From assembly GCF_009914755.1 (NCBI RefSeq), contig NC_060935.1: a stretch of 64,000 nucleotides of DNA. One strand, 5' to 3'. The translations under genes were made by a program, and so were the position numbers. The notes below the pieces were generated by a model. The model was not told where the DNA came from. It worked only from the letters and a program-made list of their open reading frames with translations, and did not search any database. Positions 38,224-54,235 of the stretch are shown in pieces. The stretch comes from the human T2T-CHM13v2.0 reference genome, Homo sapiens. The number at the start of each line of letters is the position of its first letter. Within the stretch, counting starts at the first letter, position 1.

Positions 38224-39053
38224 CACACTGATTTTTTAAAATCTACTTTGCGGAGGTATAATTTGTATACAATAAAATTCACTAATTTAAGCCTGCAATT
38301 CAGTGAGTTGACAAATGTACACAGTTGGGTCACTGCCACTTTTACCAAGAGATAAAACACTTTCAGAAAGTTTCTGCACGCCTCTTTGCAATCAGTCAGC
38401 CACTCCCCACTTCAGGTAACAACAGAGCTGCTTCCTGTAGCTACTGTGTGAATTTACGTGTCACAGAATGCTGTACAAACAGAGTTCTATGCAGCCCGGG
38501 CTCTTTGTCCACCTGGCTCAGCATGGCCCCAGTGACTGCATGAGGCTGTACGTATCTGCAGCCTGCCCCTTTTCATGGTGTTTATCCACTCACACAGTGA
38601 TGAGCAGTGGTAAGCAGTGGGCTTATTTCCACTTCCTGCTGCTATAAATATTTGTGTATGACTCTTTTCGTGGGCAGATGCTATTTCTCTTGGGAAAGCA
38701 CCTAGGAGTGGGTTGTATGGTAAAAGTATATTTAACTTTGTAAGAAACTGCCAAATTACTGCAGAATGGCTGTACACCTTTCCATGGCCACCGTCAGTGC
38801 ATGACAACTCAGATGTTCTCCATCCTTGCCAGTGCCGGGGGTGGCCCATCTCATCTGATGTGCTTTAGTGGGCATGGAGTGGCATCTCACTGGGTTTAAT
38901 CTGTATTTCCATGATTACCAATGCTGATGAGCACCTTTTCATGAGTTTATTAGCCAGTTAGGTATTTCCTTCTGTGAAGCATACATTCACACCCATTGTC
39001 CATATATTTACTGAGTTATCTGTGATTGTGTTATGAGAGTCCTTTAGACATCC

Positions 39054-39865
<812 letters not shown>

Positions 39866-41119
39866 GAGAGTCCTTTAAATATTCTGAATGCAAACTTTTG
39901 TTGGAGCTGTGCGTTGTAAATATTCTCTCACAGTCTGTGATTTTGCCGTGTTTTTTGAAGTGCAGAGGGTTTTAATTTTGATGAAGTCAATGGATCAATT
40001 TTTTAAATTTTGTGGTGAATACTCTCTGTGTCCTTGTGATTTCCTTATTGGCCCATGAATTATCTTGGGGTGTTTTTCTTGACTGCTTTCTTCTCTACTG
40101 TGGGTCACATTTTCCCATCTGTGTTTTTTCTTTTAATACCTAGGAATGTTTTTGTTGTGCACCCACCTTGTGGGTGATGTGTGGTGGAACCTCTATTCCT
40201 TTTCCCCCTCTGAGGAGCGTTGGGATTTTTCTGCTCACCCTGAACTTGCACGTACTTGGCTTTATACTTTGCCGCGTGGGTTTGTGGGAGCCCAGGGTGC
40301 TCCCCAAGCCTCTCTGACGTGGTTGGACTCCACCACCCACCCTCTTCCCCCACAGATCTCATCAGGGCTTGACATAGGTTGTGATGGGGTGAGTCTGAAG
40401 CGGGTCTTGCTCCTGAGTGTCTTTCATCCCAGCTGGATGCCCAGGTGCTGGAGACCTCTGCACACTGGGTGGCTGCAGCCCCCTTGACCCCACGCTTTAC
40501 TGGAACCACAGCATCTCCTTCCCTCCCTAACTCTGCAGCAGCCACGCTGGGCACCCCTCCTGTAGCCTCATCCTCCCCAGGACTCAGCCGAGGACTCCTG
40601 GCTGGGGGACCCCTGATGGTACCTCTGCGCCTGCCTCCCCCACAGCAGAGCCTCTCTGATGCCCTGCCTCATAGCTCCCAGAAGCTTCTGGACTGTGAAC
40701 TCTGGTCTCTGCCTCTTGAGCTCAGTGGGACCACTCTGCTCTGTGAGGCCTCCTGCCTGCTGAGCCATGGGGGGAGATGGTCTCCAGGGGTGGCATGGCT
40801 GGCTCCTGAGCGCCCTGCCTCTCAGCATCAAGTCATGCACTGCTTGCTGTTCACTGCCCGCCCAGAGTTGTCTCAAACATGCTGTCCAGTTCAATCATGT
40901 GTGTTTGCAGTGGGATGGCCCGTCCAGCACTAGTTACCCCAACACGGCTGAAAGTGGAAGAGACCCAGAGTGTTTTAATCAATTTACTGAACTCTACCTA
41001 GAAATACAAGCCAAAGGTGGACACCCCTATAAAATAAGCCATTCTCCATGGGGTGCAAGGATGAAGTGTAGGGCCATGGGCCAGTGTGTGACTCCACAGG
41101 GCATTAGGGAAGAGGATGG

Positions 41120-41475
41120 CGTATTAGTCTGCTCTCATGCTGCTAGTAAAGGCAGACCTGAGACTGGGTAATTTATAAAGGAAAGAGGTTTACTGGACTC
41201 ACAGTTCCACATGGCTGGGGAGGTCTCATAATCATGGCAGAAGGCGAAGGAAGAGCAAAGGCACATTTTACATGGCGGCTGACAAGAGAGTGTCTGCAGG
41301 GGAACTCCCCTTTAAAAAACCATCAGATCTCATGTGACTTACTCATTATCACGAGAACAGCATGGGAAAAAAACCCATGAATCAGTGACCTCCCACTGGG
41401 TCCCTCCCACGACATGTGGGGATTATGACAATTCAAGGTGAGATCTGGGTGGGGACACAGAGCCAAACCATATCA
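41120..41475 (-). mobile_element. THE1 solo LTR
   Basis: gagactgggtaatttataaaggaaagaggttt...ggggacacagagccaaaccatatca; 5-bp TSD GATGG at 41115-41119 and 41476-41480. Confidence 0.92.
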
Positions 41476-42539
41476 GATGGGCTCCTCCAAACTGGGGGCA
41501 TGTTGAACACAGTGCCTGGTACATGGGAGGAGATGACGACAGTGTCCCCTCTGTGGAAAGATGGGTCCTGCTGCATAGCTAAGCTCCCTAGAGCCTCTGC
41601 CTCCTGCCCAGAGCCTACATCTCTCATGGCTTCAAAGGAAACTTCTGGAAGCACAGATGGCCCAGCATCCTAGAAGGGCTTCCCCTGCAGGTCAGAAAGT
41701 CACCCTGAAAGCTCTCAGTTCAGGGCAGCCATCTTTGGGCTCTTCCCAGCATTGGCTGTGAGGGGATTCCAATGACAGCCTCCCCTCCATATGTAGGACA
41801 CACCTGTGCATACATAACTCTTTCCTGTTTAACATGCTGTGGGCACAGAGACAATGCTCCATGAGGAAACCATGACCCAACCTTTACCCCATCCTCGGAT
41901 AAGGAAATGGAGGCCCAGAGAAGGAGCCACCTGAAGCCACGCCACGAGCCAGGATGAGACCCCGGCAGCAGGTGCTCTGTTTCTAGCACACCCCAGCTGG
42001 TCTTTTCATTGAGTGCACAGATTTTTTTTGAGGCACAAATGCAGTAAAGTTTCATTTATGCATTTGCCCATTCATTTGTCTTAGGACTGAGATGGCAGAG
42101 GGCTCCCAGACTTCCCTCTGCCTCCCCCTGCAGGGGTCTGGCTTTACCCTCGGTCTCTTCTTCTTCCTCCCACCTCCTGGAGGAAGTTTCTGTCCTTGCC
42201 CCTTGGTGTTTTGGGCCTTTTGGGATGCAGATTTGGGATGGAGAAGCACGTTGGAGAAGGAGAGCAGGAAGCAGGCTAGTGAGGGCCATGCCTGTTGCTG
42301 GAGTACATTGGTATAGGCCCTGTGTGCCCATTATGGGGTTTGAGAGGTGCAAGGTAATAGCTGGAGACATTCTGAAATTAGTTTTGAGGTTCTGGAGGGG
42401 ACACACCGCTGGCTGGTGAACTCGATCACATTCCCAACTCTTTTAGGCCCAGTACCTCCCATTACAGAGGACAGAAGAGCCAAGCGCTGCTGTTTGCAGC
42501 TTCTTCAACCACTGGGGGTGGCCATGTAACCCATTCTGT

Positions 42540-43280
<741 letters not shown>

Positions 43281-43516
43281 AAAATCTTGGTTATGTGTCT
43301 TTTGACAAATATGTGTTGAGCACCTGCTGGTGACAGGCATGGGGTCGGCGGAGGTTATAAGGCAGATGGACACTTGCCTCCGGAAGTGGGGGTGGAGCAG
43401 ACAGGGAACGTATGCCCTTGAGGGATGCGAGGCCACGACAGGGGAGTGGAAGGGAGTGGTGCCTGCATCTGATCTGTTCTGGAGGCTCTGGGGAAATGAC
43501 ACTGGGGCTTAGGCAT

Positions 43517-43866
43517 TGTTATAGATTGAATTATGTCTCCCTAAATTCATTTGTTGTAGTTCTAACCCCAACACCTCAGAATGTGACCTTATATGCAGAT
43601 AGGGTCTTTACAGAGGTAGTTAAGTCAAAGTGAAGTCGTTTGGGTGGGCTCTAATCCAATCTGATGGGTGGCCTTGTAATGAGGGGAAATGTGGTCACAG
43701 AGAGAGGCACGGGGATAAGCCAAAGAGAGAGGCCTTGGGGGAACTGACCCTGCCCATACCTTGATCTTGGACTTCCAGCCTCTGAGACTGTGAGATGATA
43801 AACATCTGTTGTTGAGGCCATCCAGCCTGCAGTGCTTTGTTACAGTAGCCTGAGCAAAGGAATACC
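43517..43866 (+). mobile_element. MLT1A/B-like LTR
   Basis: cctcagaatgtgaccttat...ttggacttccagcctctgagactgtgaga. Confidence 0.85.
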
Positions 43867-45508
43867 CACCTGGAAGATGGGCATAAATTCACAAGAAGGG
43901 AGGGGAGGTGTTTGGGGGATCAGCAGGTGCAAAGGCAGCAAGAGAGTCCTGTGCCCTGGAGAAACAAGGGGCAGGCCGTGCACGATGGGGCAAGGCCAGA
44001 CACAGGCAAAGGCCAGTCCTGCAGGCCTGGGGGTCCCCGCCCAGGCAGTGGGTTCTTTCCTGGGGATGGTGGCAGGGACACAGAAGGGAACAGAGAGGAC
44101 AGCCTGCTCCAATATTCCCAGGCATTGCTGTTCATATGATGGGGTCAGAGGCTAAGTCCAGGCAAAGCGAGCCAGGAAAGAGTCAGAAAGGAGCCAGAGT
44201 GGGCGTGAAAGACCTGCTGCTTTCACAGGACAGGGGCTGGGTCCCAGGCCCCCAGCCTCATGCCATCGTCTGCAAAACAGCCAGGGCCGCGTGCTTCTGT
44301 CTGAAGGGCTGAGCCTTGAGGTGGCCTGAGCCGGAGGCCCCTCAGCTCCCTGGGGACCAGAAAGTCCGCTGACAGCACCTCTGAGGAAGCAGTTGCGCAT
44401 TCTGGGCTAAGCTGCCAGTGCACAAGGAGGGAACCACATACCAGCCAGCCCCATCTGACACGGCGCATTTGCACTGAACCAGAGGGAATACTTCCTTCCT
44501 AAAGGTAGAATGAATCCTAAACAGCCAAAGAATTGTAATCATCCATCGCCATACCCACGGCACACTCTTCGATCTTCCATTTTGCCACTTATCATTGTTG
44601 GGTTGATTTGCAAACTTGGAGGTGGCATGCAATTCTGCTGTGTGGAATCAACTCCCTGCTGGTCAGCTCTGAGGGACCCATTTGTTACCTGGTCATGGGA
44701 TGGGGACTCCCAAGCATCTCCTGCTGACCAGCCTCCATCCCTGAGTGAGGAAGGTCCTGGTGCCAAGCTTGATGCCAGCTGTCACACACAGTCTAGGCTT
44801 CCTAGCAGCCCTGTGCCTTGGGGCCACTATCATCCCTGTGTTACAAGTAGGGAAACTGAGGCTCTAAGAGGCCAAGTACCCTGCCAGGTTAAGCAGCTCC
44901 CACCCTTGGCCCACTCCACTGCCTGTGCTGCCATCAATCCCTGGGGACTCTTCCTGGTGTGCCCCGTGTTCTTCCCATGTGAAAGGACCAAGGTACCAGC
45001 ATCTCAGGAATCCAGGCCCCTCTGGCTGTGGCCTCCCTCAGCATTGCTGCTAAATGTAAAGCCAAGAAGGTGCAGACAGCAGCTTTGGGCTTCCCGAGAC
45101 CCCTTTGGGCCAGAACGTGCAGCCGGCAGGCGGTGAAGCAGCGTGATTTCTGTGTCCGATCCCCGTGACCTCTGAGATGCGGAGGAGACGGAGGTGCAGC
45201 AGGGCCACAGCAACTCACTCATTCCCTGACCCATTCCTTCCTTCATTCATTCACTGTGGACTCTGCCAGCAAACCCCTGAGGCAGCAGCTGGATCTTGGT
45301 CTTCATCGAGGACTAGCAGGAGAGGACAAAGTGAGACCAGAAGTGACCGCTGCACCTCGTGTGACAAGCTGGAGGTTCTATGAGTCCTCTGACAGGGGCA
45401 GGCCTGGCCTGGGGGCCCAGAAATGCTTTGTGATGAGAGAGTCAGTGAGCTGAGAAGGGGTGGGAGAGAATGGCCAGGGAAGAGATGAGGGTGTTCTGGA
45501 AGGGATGG

Positions 45509-46234
45509 TGTTTACAGTTGAATTATACCCCCTCCCAAAGGTGTATGTTGGAGTCCTGACCCCCAGTACCTCAGAGTGTGACCTTATATGGAGATAGGGT
45601 CTTTATAGCGTAATCAAGTCAAAGTGACGTTATCAGGGTGGGCCTCAATCCAACATGGCTGTTGACCTGATAAAAAGGGGAGATTTGGATGCAGAGATGC
45701 GTATGGAAAGACAACCATGGGAGGACTCAGGGAGAAGATGCCATCCACAGGCCATGAAGACAGGATTTGGGGGGAACCAGCCCTGCTCACTCCTTGTCAG
45801 ATTTCTAGCCTGCAGAACTGTGGGATGATAAATGTCCGTTTTCGCACTGCTATATAGAACTACCCGAGACTGGGTAATTTATGAAAAAGAGGTTTAATTG
45901 ACTCACAGTTCCACATGGCTGAAGAGGCCTCAGGAAACTTACAGTCATGGCAGAAGGTGAAGGGGAAGCAAGCACCTTCTTCATAAGGTGGCAGGAGGGA
46001 GAGCAAGGAGTGGGGACGTGGCACACCTTTAACCCATCAGATCTCCTGAGAACTCACTCACTATCATGAGAACAGCCTGGGGGAAAGCACCCCATGATCC
46101 AATCGCCTCCCACCACGTCCCTCCTTTGACAAGTGGGGATTATGATTTGAGATGAGATTTGGGCGGGGGCACAGAGCCAAACCCTATCACCAGCCTGTGG
46201 AACTTGGTTAAGGAAGTCTGGAGAAACTGGTATA
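45509..46234 (+). mobile_element. MLT1B-like LTR split by a THE1D/MSTA LTR
   Basis: ccccagtacctcagagtgtgacc...agaactgtgggatgataaat; resumes ccagcctgtgg at 46190. Confidence 0.8.
45834..46189 (-). mobile_element. THE1D/MSTA-type MaLR LTR
   Basis: gagactgggtaatttatgaaaaagaggtttaattgactcacagttcc...gagccaaaccctatca. Confidence 0.9.
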
Positions 46235-46771
46235 ATGGGGCTTTGGATGCTCACATGCAGAAGTGCTGAGCTCAGAGAGGGCTCAGGGGGACAAGGATGA
46301 CAGGGTCAAAGATATATTTTACATTTTTATTTACTTTTTTATTAAAGTATAAGCTACAGGAAATTTAAGTGTACAGCTTCATGAATTTTTAATTCAATTT
46401 TTCTGAGATATGATGAAAGTACAATAAACTGTGCATACTTAAAGTGTGCAATTTCACGAGTTTGATGTATGTAAACCACATGGGGCCATTGACACTGTCA
46501 AGGTTGTGAGGCCATCCCTGATCCCCCGTCACACATTTCTTTTCCCTGTGCCCCTGTAGTCCACCCCCATCTCCAGGCTTGTCCCCAGGCAACCATGGGC
46601 CTGCTTTCTTTCATGATAGATTGGTTTGCATTTTCCAGAATTCGGCACAAATAGAAACACAAAGGATGTACTCTAATTTTTTATCTGGTTTCTTTCTCTG
46701 AGCATAAGTGCTTTGAAATTCATCCGTGGTGTGGTGTGCATCAACAAATCATTGTTTCTCTTTTCTTTACC

Positions 46772-47078
46772 TTTTTTTTTTTTTTTTTTTTTTTTTTTGA
46801 GATAGAGTCTCACTCTGTCACCCAGGATGGAGTGCAGTGGCACAATCTCGGCTCACCATAACCTTCGCCTCCTGGGTTCAAGTGATTCTCCTGCCTCAGC
46901 TTCCTGAGTAGCTGGGACTACAGGTGCACGCCACCATGCCCAGCTAATTTTTGTATTTTTAGTAGAGACAGGGTTTCACCATGTTGGCCAGGTTGGTCTC
47001 GATCTCTTGACCTCATGATCCACCTGCCTCAGCCTCCCAAAGTGCTGGGATTACAGGCCTGAGCCACCGCGCCCAGCC
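46772..47078 (-). mobile_element. Alu (AluS-like)
   Basis: Full dimer; TSD aatcattg(t/c)tt. Confidence 0.95.
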
Positions 47079-48476
47079 AATCATTGCTTTTCATTGCGGA
47101 GTAGTCTTCCATTCCACGGAGACACTACAGTTTGAGTATTCAATCAATCACCCATTGATTGACATTTGAGTTGTTGCCAGCTTGGGGCCATTAGGAATAA
47201 AGCTGCTATGAACATTCATGTACAATTCTTGGTAGGGACATAGTTTCCATGCCTCCTGAGTAAATACCTGCGAATGGAATGGTTAGGTCAGATGATAGGT
47301 ATATATTATTTAGCTTTCTAAGAAACAGTCAAACTTTTCCAAAGTGGCTGAGCCATTTCAAACTCCCAGCAGTGTATATATGAGCTCTAGTTGTTTGCTA
47401 TGCACATCTGCACATGATATGTGTTGTCTTTTTAATTTTCATCATCCTAATAAGGGCATCGTGATCTTTCATTGTCATTTCAATCCATATTTCTACAATG
47501 GCTGATGATATGGAAGATTTTTTCATGTGACCATTTGTTTATCTTCTTCAGTGGAGAATTAATGCAAATCTTTTACCCATTTTTATTGGCCTGCCTTGTC
47601 CTTCTTCAGCTGTAAGGGTTATTGATATGTTCTGGATATGAGTCCTTTATCTGATCTGTGTAATGAATGTTATCTCCCAGTCCAACACGACACTTGCCTT
47701 TTCCCCAGTCTGACACTTACCTTTTCATTTTCCTACTGGCATCTTTCAAAGAGCAAGAGTTATTAATTTGGTAAAGACCAATGTATTAACTTTTTGCATT
47801 CATGATTTGTGCTTTTTGTAGTCTATCTAGGAAATCTGGGCCAACCCTGAGGTCACACATATTTTCTTCTCTATTTTCACCTAGAAGACTTACAGTTTTC
47901 AGTGAGGATTGCTGTTCATTTGGGAATCCAATTGATTGAAACCAGTTTTTGAAAAGACTCTATGTTCCCTCCACTGAATTGCCATGGCACTTCTGCCAAA
48001 AATAAATCGACTGTATGTGTGTGAGGCAGTTTCTGGATTCTCTATTCTGTTATTCCATTGATCTGTGTGTCTGTCCTTCCACCAATGCGAGGCTGTCTCA
48101 ATTCCTGTAGCTTCTCAAGTATGACTTAAAATTAGACAAATCCTCCAACTTTGTTTTCTTGTCTATAATTTTTTTCATCATTTTAAGTCTTTGCATTTCT
48201 CTATAAATTTTAGAATTAGCTTGACAATTTTTATCAGGATTGTGTTGACTCTGTAAATGTGTGAACAATTGCCACCTTAATATTGAATCTTCCAGTTTAT
48301 GAACAATGATATATGTCTTAATTTATTTAGGTCTTAAATTTCTCTCAGCAATGTTTCATAATTTGTGGTGTTGAGTATTGGTTGTCTTTTGTCAGATTAT
48401 TCCTAAGTTTTTTTGTGGAAGTTTATTTATTTATTTATTTTGGTGCTACCCTAAATAGAATTTTAAATTTTCTTTA

Positions 48477-48776
<300 letters not shown>

Positions 48777-49504
48777 AATTTTCTTTATTTTTTAACTGTT
48801 TGCTGCTATTTGTATAAGAATGGGGTTAATTTTGGTACATTAACTTTGGATCTTGTGATCTTGCTAAGCTCACTTAATAGTTGTGATGGTTATTTTATGG
48901 GTTTCCTGAGACTTTCTATGTAAATTTTCATAGCAGCTGCCAATAGAAACAGTTTTATTTCTTCCTTTTCAATTTTTAGTAACTTTATAGCTTTCCTTTT
49001 CTTTTCTTTTTTTTTCCTTATTGCAATGACTAGGATTGCCAGTACAATGTTGACCAGATATAGCTACAGAAGGTGGGCACCTTTACCTTTTCCTTGACCT
49101 TAAGGGGAAAAAATGTGAGACTCAGCATCATAATAGTGCCTGTAGCTTTGTTGTAGATGACCTTCGTTCATTTGAGGATGTTCCCTACTATTACTAGTTT
49201 GCTGGAATTTTTTTTACTATGAGTGGGCATAAAATTTGATTGAATGCTTTTCTAATATGTATTTTTAAATTCATAAGGCTTATCTCCTATATTTGGTTAA
49301 TATTATTAATCATATTGATTGATTTTTGAACATTTGGCAGACCTTGTATTCCTGGCTTTAACCTTACTTAGTTCTGATATTATTTTTATATATGATGAGA
49401 TTTGTTTTGCTAATATTTTTAAAGAATATTTGTGTCTATATTCATGAGGAATGTTGGTCTACAATTTTCTGTTTTTGAATGTCTTTGCCAGGTTTTTATA
49501 TTAG

Positions 49505-50353
49505 TGTTATGGAATCTGCAGGGTGTCACTTTTCTGGCCAGAAACCTCTGTATGGCTGGTGGCACGTTTATCTGAGTTTTTATCCTGCATTAAGGAGGAC
49601 TGAGATACACAGATAAGCAGAGGGTGAGCAAGATGAAGAGGAGCTTTATTTAGTGTTAGGACAGCTCAGAGGAGACCCGCAGTGGGTAGCTCCTCTCTGT
49701 AGGCAGGTCATCCCCTTGAGTGTTCAGCTCTCAGCAGAGAGAGTCCCTGAACAGGGTAGCTCCCAGCTGCAGCTGGTCATCCTGTTGTCTGCTCAGCTCT
49801 GACTGAGCCTGGGGCTTTTATGGGCCTCACAGGGGAGGAAGTGCACACCGATTGGTCCATGGGCAGCCATGGGCAGCCATGGGCAGCTGAGAAAAGGCAC
49901 CAGCTCCCACTCTGGTGCATGGGACAGGCAGCCTGGTCCCTAGCCTTCAGGCCCTTCCTGGCCTGAATGTGGGGGCCTCACCAGTGGACCTGTCCTCTTC
50001 TGCCCAGGAATCTGTCTGCCTCCCACTGCTGTTCATGGTGCCTGGGCTTGGCCCTGACTTTGCTCCAAGATCAGAGTAGGCACCGACAAAAGGGATAAGC
50101 CAGGTAGCAGGTGCCTGGGAAGTCAGGAAGCCAGACTTGGGTGGCTGCAGCTTCACCCAGGAGGGTGGGTCTCCTGCCTTCTCCGTGGAACTGGAGGCCT
50201 GGGTCTGCAGCCACAGTTTGGGTGGTGGCAGGAGCACTCAGGGAGCTCCTCAGCCAACTCAGAAGGGGTGGGGCTCCCGCTTGTTCCCCCAGCTCCCGGT
50301 GGCTCCATGGAAGGTGCAGCCCCTGCTGCCTTCCTGAGCAGCTGCTGCCTTCT
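49505..50353 (-). mobile_element. ERV1 solo LTR (MER52-like)
   Basis: GC-rich block tgttatggaatc...gtgtcacttttctggccagaaacctctg to gctgctgcc; 4-bp TSD TTAG at 49501-49504 and 50354-50357; L1 rejoins across it. Confidence 0.8.
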
Positions 50354-51374
50354 TTAGGGTTATGCTGGCCTTATAAAATGAGTTGGGTGATGCTACCTCT
50401 TCCTTCATTTTCTGAAAAAATTCCTTAAGATTAGTTTATTTCTTCCTTGAATATTTGATCAAATTAACCAATGAAACAGTCTAGCTCTGGATTTTCCTTT
50501 TTAAAAAGTTTTTGGTAAAAAAAAACTTTAGCATAATAATGAGATTTCTTTAACAGGTGTAGTGCTATTCAGATATTCTGTTTCCTCTTGTATCAATTTA
50601 AGTTTTACTTCTCAAGAAATTTGTCCAATTAATTTAAGTTGTTGAAGTTTTGGTATAAAGATGTTTATGATAGCCCTTAAAAGTCTGTAGGATCTGTGTT
50701 AATAATAAATACCCTTTCAGTTTCTGCACTGGTAGTTTGTATTCTCTCGTTTTTACTTCAACAGTCTAGCTAAGAGTTTATTAATTTTGTTGATCTCAAA
50801 TAATCAACTTTTGGCTTTTTTTCCTTCTTTTTTGTCTGTCTGTTTTCTATTTCATTTATTTCTGCTCTTACTGTTATTTTTTCCTTTCTTCCACTTAATT
50901 TGGCTTTACTTTGCTCTTCTCTTTTCTAACTCCTCAAGGTGGATCTTCAGGTAATTGATTTTAGATTGCTCTTGCTTTCTAATGTAAGTATTTAAAGTTC
51001 TGAGCTTCCCTCTAACAACTATTGTGGCTGAATCCCACAGATTTTGATAGGATGTATTTTCATTGTCTTTCAATTCAAATTATTTTCTGATTTCCCTCGT
51101 GATTTCATCTTGAATTCATGAGTCATTTGTAGACGCATGAAACATTTATAGATATTTGGGGTTTTGCTAGACATCCTACTATTACTGATTTCTAATTAGG
51201 TTCAGTTGTTGTCAGAGTACACACCCTACATGATTTCTATTCTTTTAAAATTAATGAGACTTGTTTTCTGGCCCAGCATATGGTCTTTCTTGGTGAAATG
51301 TACCACATACAGTTGCTAGGTATAGTGTGCTATAGTTATCAGTCAGATCAAGGTGATGAATAGTTATGTTTATA

Positions 51375-51411
51375 TTAGGTTGGTGCAAAAGTAATTGCGG
51401 TTTTTGCCATT
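51375..51411 (+). mobile_element. MADE1 (Hsmar1 MITE), left arm only
   Basis: TA + ttaggttggtgcaaaagtaattgcggtttttgccatt; right arm absent. Confidence 0.9.
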
Positions 51412-53014
51412 TAATTTCAATTAAATAAGTAATTAAAAATAATTACTCATATTAATATATTGAGTAATTATTAATTAATCAATAAGTGTAATTATTAACA
51501 TTAGTTAACATCATATTGAGTAATTATTATTAATTATTTTACTAATTTCTTATATATTTGTTCTTTTAATTGCTGAGAAAGGGTATTAAAATCTCTCTTT
51601 GTGATAGTGGGATTTGTGTGCATTTCTTCCCTTTATTAATTTTGTTTATATATTTTGAAGCTATATTATATATTTTAGACAAATCAAAATTTACACTTTT
51701 ATGCCTTTCTAATCATTCCTTTTATTATGTAAAATGTCTCTCCTTATCTCTGATATTGCTGTATTGAAAGTTATTAATATTAATATCAACATAAGTATTA
51801 ATATTAATCTATATGAGTAATTAAAAATAATTGCTCATAATATAATATTAAGTAATTATTATTAATTAACTGATCAATATGCATAATTATTAACATTAGT
51901 TAACATCTTATTGAGTAATTATTATTAATAATGTCTCATATTGATTAATTAATATCATTATAGCCACCCTGACATCTTGTGTTTATTCTTTGCATCTTGT
52001 GTTTATTCTTTTCAGTTTATTTACTTTTGGCTTATTTGTGTTTTTGTATTCAAAGTAAATCTCTTGTAGGCAGCACATAATTGGGTGTTGCTTTTAAAAA
52101 TCCATATTGTCAATTTCTTCCTTTTCATTGGAGTGTTTAGAACATTAACATTTAATGCTGATCTTTTCTCTTTTTTGGTTCCTTTATTCCCCTTTCTCTG
52201 CATGCTTTTGGATTATTTGAATATTTTATAGTATTCCATATTAATTTATCTGTTGGCTGTTTGGCTGCATTTCCCTGTGTGTATGTAGTTGCTCTATGCA
52301 TGGTTTCTTTGATTCTATCCTGTTTGGGGTTCTCTGAGTTTCTTGAATCTGTAAACTTATGTCTTACACTAAATATATAAGATTTTCAGTCATGTCTTCA
52401 AAGATTTTTCTGCTCCCATCTCACTCTCCTCTCTTTCTGGACTAGTTATAATGTTTAAGAGCTTTGGATATGGCTTCACAGGTTCCTGATGCTCTTTGTT
52501 CCTTTCCTTCTTCAATCTTTTTTTCCTCTGTGTCCTTCTGATTGACTCATTTTATTGATCTATGGGTTTGCTGACTTTTGCCTTTCTCATTTCCATTCTG
52601 CTATTGATCCATCCAGTGATTTTTAAACATTTCAAATATTTTCTTTGTTATTTCTAAAATTCCAATATCCTCTTTTAATACTTTCTCTGCCAGGATTTCT
52701 TATTTGCTTATTCATTTCAAATGTATTTCCTTGATCTCATTGAGTAGAGTTGTAGTAGATGCTTTAAATTCTTTGTCTGATAATTTCAATGTCTGAGTCA
52801 TCTTGGTGCTTTCATCTGTTAATTTTTTTATCCTTTGAGAATGGGCTGCATGTTCCTGTTTCTTTGTATGTCAAATAATTTTGGATTGTATCATAGACAA
52901 TCTTAATGTCATATTATATAGACTCTACATTCTGTTAAGATCCTCTGAATTATGTAGATGTCTTTGTTTTAGCAGGCTATTGATTCATACATATGTGTGC
53001 ATCCACATAACCAC

Positions 53015-53607
53015 TGCTATAATAGTCAGGGTTTTCCAGAGAAATAGAACCAACAGGAGATGTGTGTGTGTGGTGTGTGTGCATGGATGTGTGTGTGTGC
53101 CTGTGTGTGTGGATGTGCGTGTGTGCATATGTGTGTGTGTGCGTGTGTGTGTGTGTGCGCATGTGTGTGTATTTCTTTATTTACCGTAAGTTATTGGTTC
53201 ATAGGATTATGGAGGCTGAGAAGTCCCACAAGCTGCCCTCTGCAAGCTGGAGACCCAGGAAAGCCAGTGGTGTAGTTTGAAGGCCTGAGAGTCAGAGAAC
53301 CAATGGTGTTGATTCCAATCTAGATCTGAAGGCCTGAGAACCATGAGTGCTGACAGAAAGAGACTGATGTCTCAGCTCAGGCCATCAGGCAGAGTTAATT
53401 CACCCTTCATCCATCTATTAGTTCTATTCAGACCCACAATAGGTTGGATGGTGTTCACCCACCCTGAGAAGGGCCATCTGCTTGACTCAGCCCATGAATT
53501 CAAATGCCAGTCTCCTCCAGACCTTCATAGACACGCCGAGAAATCACTCACTGGCTATCTGGCATCCTGTGGCCCAGCCTAGCTGGCCCACAAAATGAAC
53601 AATCACA
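53015..53607 (-). mobile_element. MLT2 (ERVL) solo LTR containing (TG)n at 53061-53170
   Basis: agtcagggttttccagagaaatagaaccaacagga...ggaggctgagaagtccca...aatcaca; probable TSD ACCAC. Confidence 0.88.
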
Positions 53608-53619
53608 ACCACTTAGATC

Positions 53620-53945
53620 AATAGGTGGATCATTTCTAGTCCCTCCAGAATTCCCACTCCAAGGGTGTACTCACTTCACAAGTAATCATCATTCTGACTT
53701 ATTTAACCATTGGTTAGTTTTGTCCATTCCTGAATATCACATAAACAGAACCACACAATATGTGTTTTAAAACATCTGGCTTCTTTTCTTAAAACATAGT
53801 ATCTGTGGGATGCCTCCATGCTGTTAAATGTAGAAATAGTTCATGACTTTTCATTACTGGGTGATACCACATTGCATGAACATACTGCAGTCTATTGATC
53901 TAGTCCCTTGCTGATGGACAGCTGGGCTGTTTCCAGTTTAGGACA
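53620..53945 (-). mobile_element. L1ME-like fragment
   Basis: catcattctgactt...tctggcttctttt...gatggacagctgggctgtttccagttt. Confidence 0.6.
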
Positions 53946-53964
53946 ACAGGCTGGGCATTTTAGG

Positions 53965-54235
53965 AGGCAGCACAGAGCAGAATGGCTACAGGCATGTCTC
54001 TTACAGCCACACAACCCCGACTCAAATCCTAGCTCTGCTGCAGACCAGCTGTGTGACCTTGGGCAAGTGACTCACCCTCGCTGAGCTGCAGTTTCCTCTT
54101 CTGTGAAGTGGAGATTATGGTAGCAGTACTTACTCAGAGGGTTGTCATGAGGATCAAGTAAGAAGTCACATGAAATCACAGCCTGCAGCCTACCAGAGCC
54201 AGAGCCCAGTAAATGGCAGCTGTTAAATGATTATT
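53965..54235 (+). mobile_element. MIR (near full length)
   Basis: ctgtgtgaccttgggcaagtgactcaccctcgctgagctgcagtttcctc. Confidence 0.85.
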
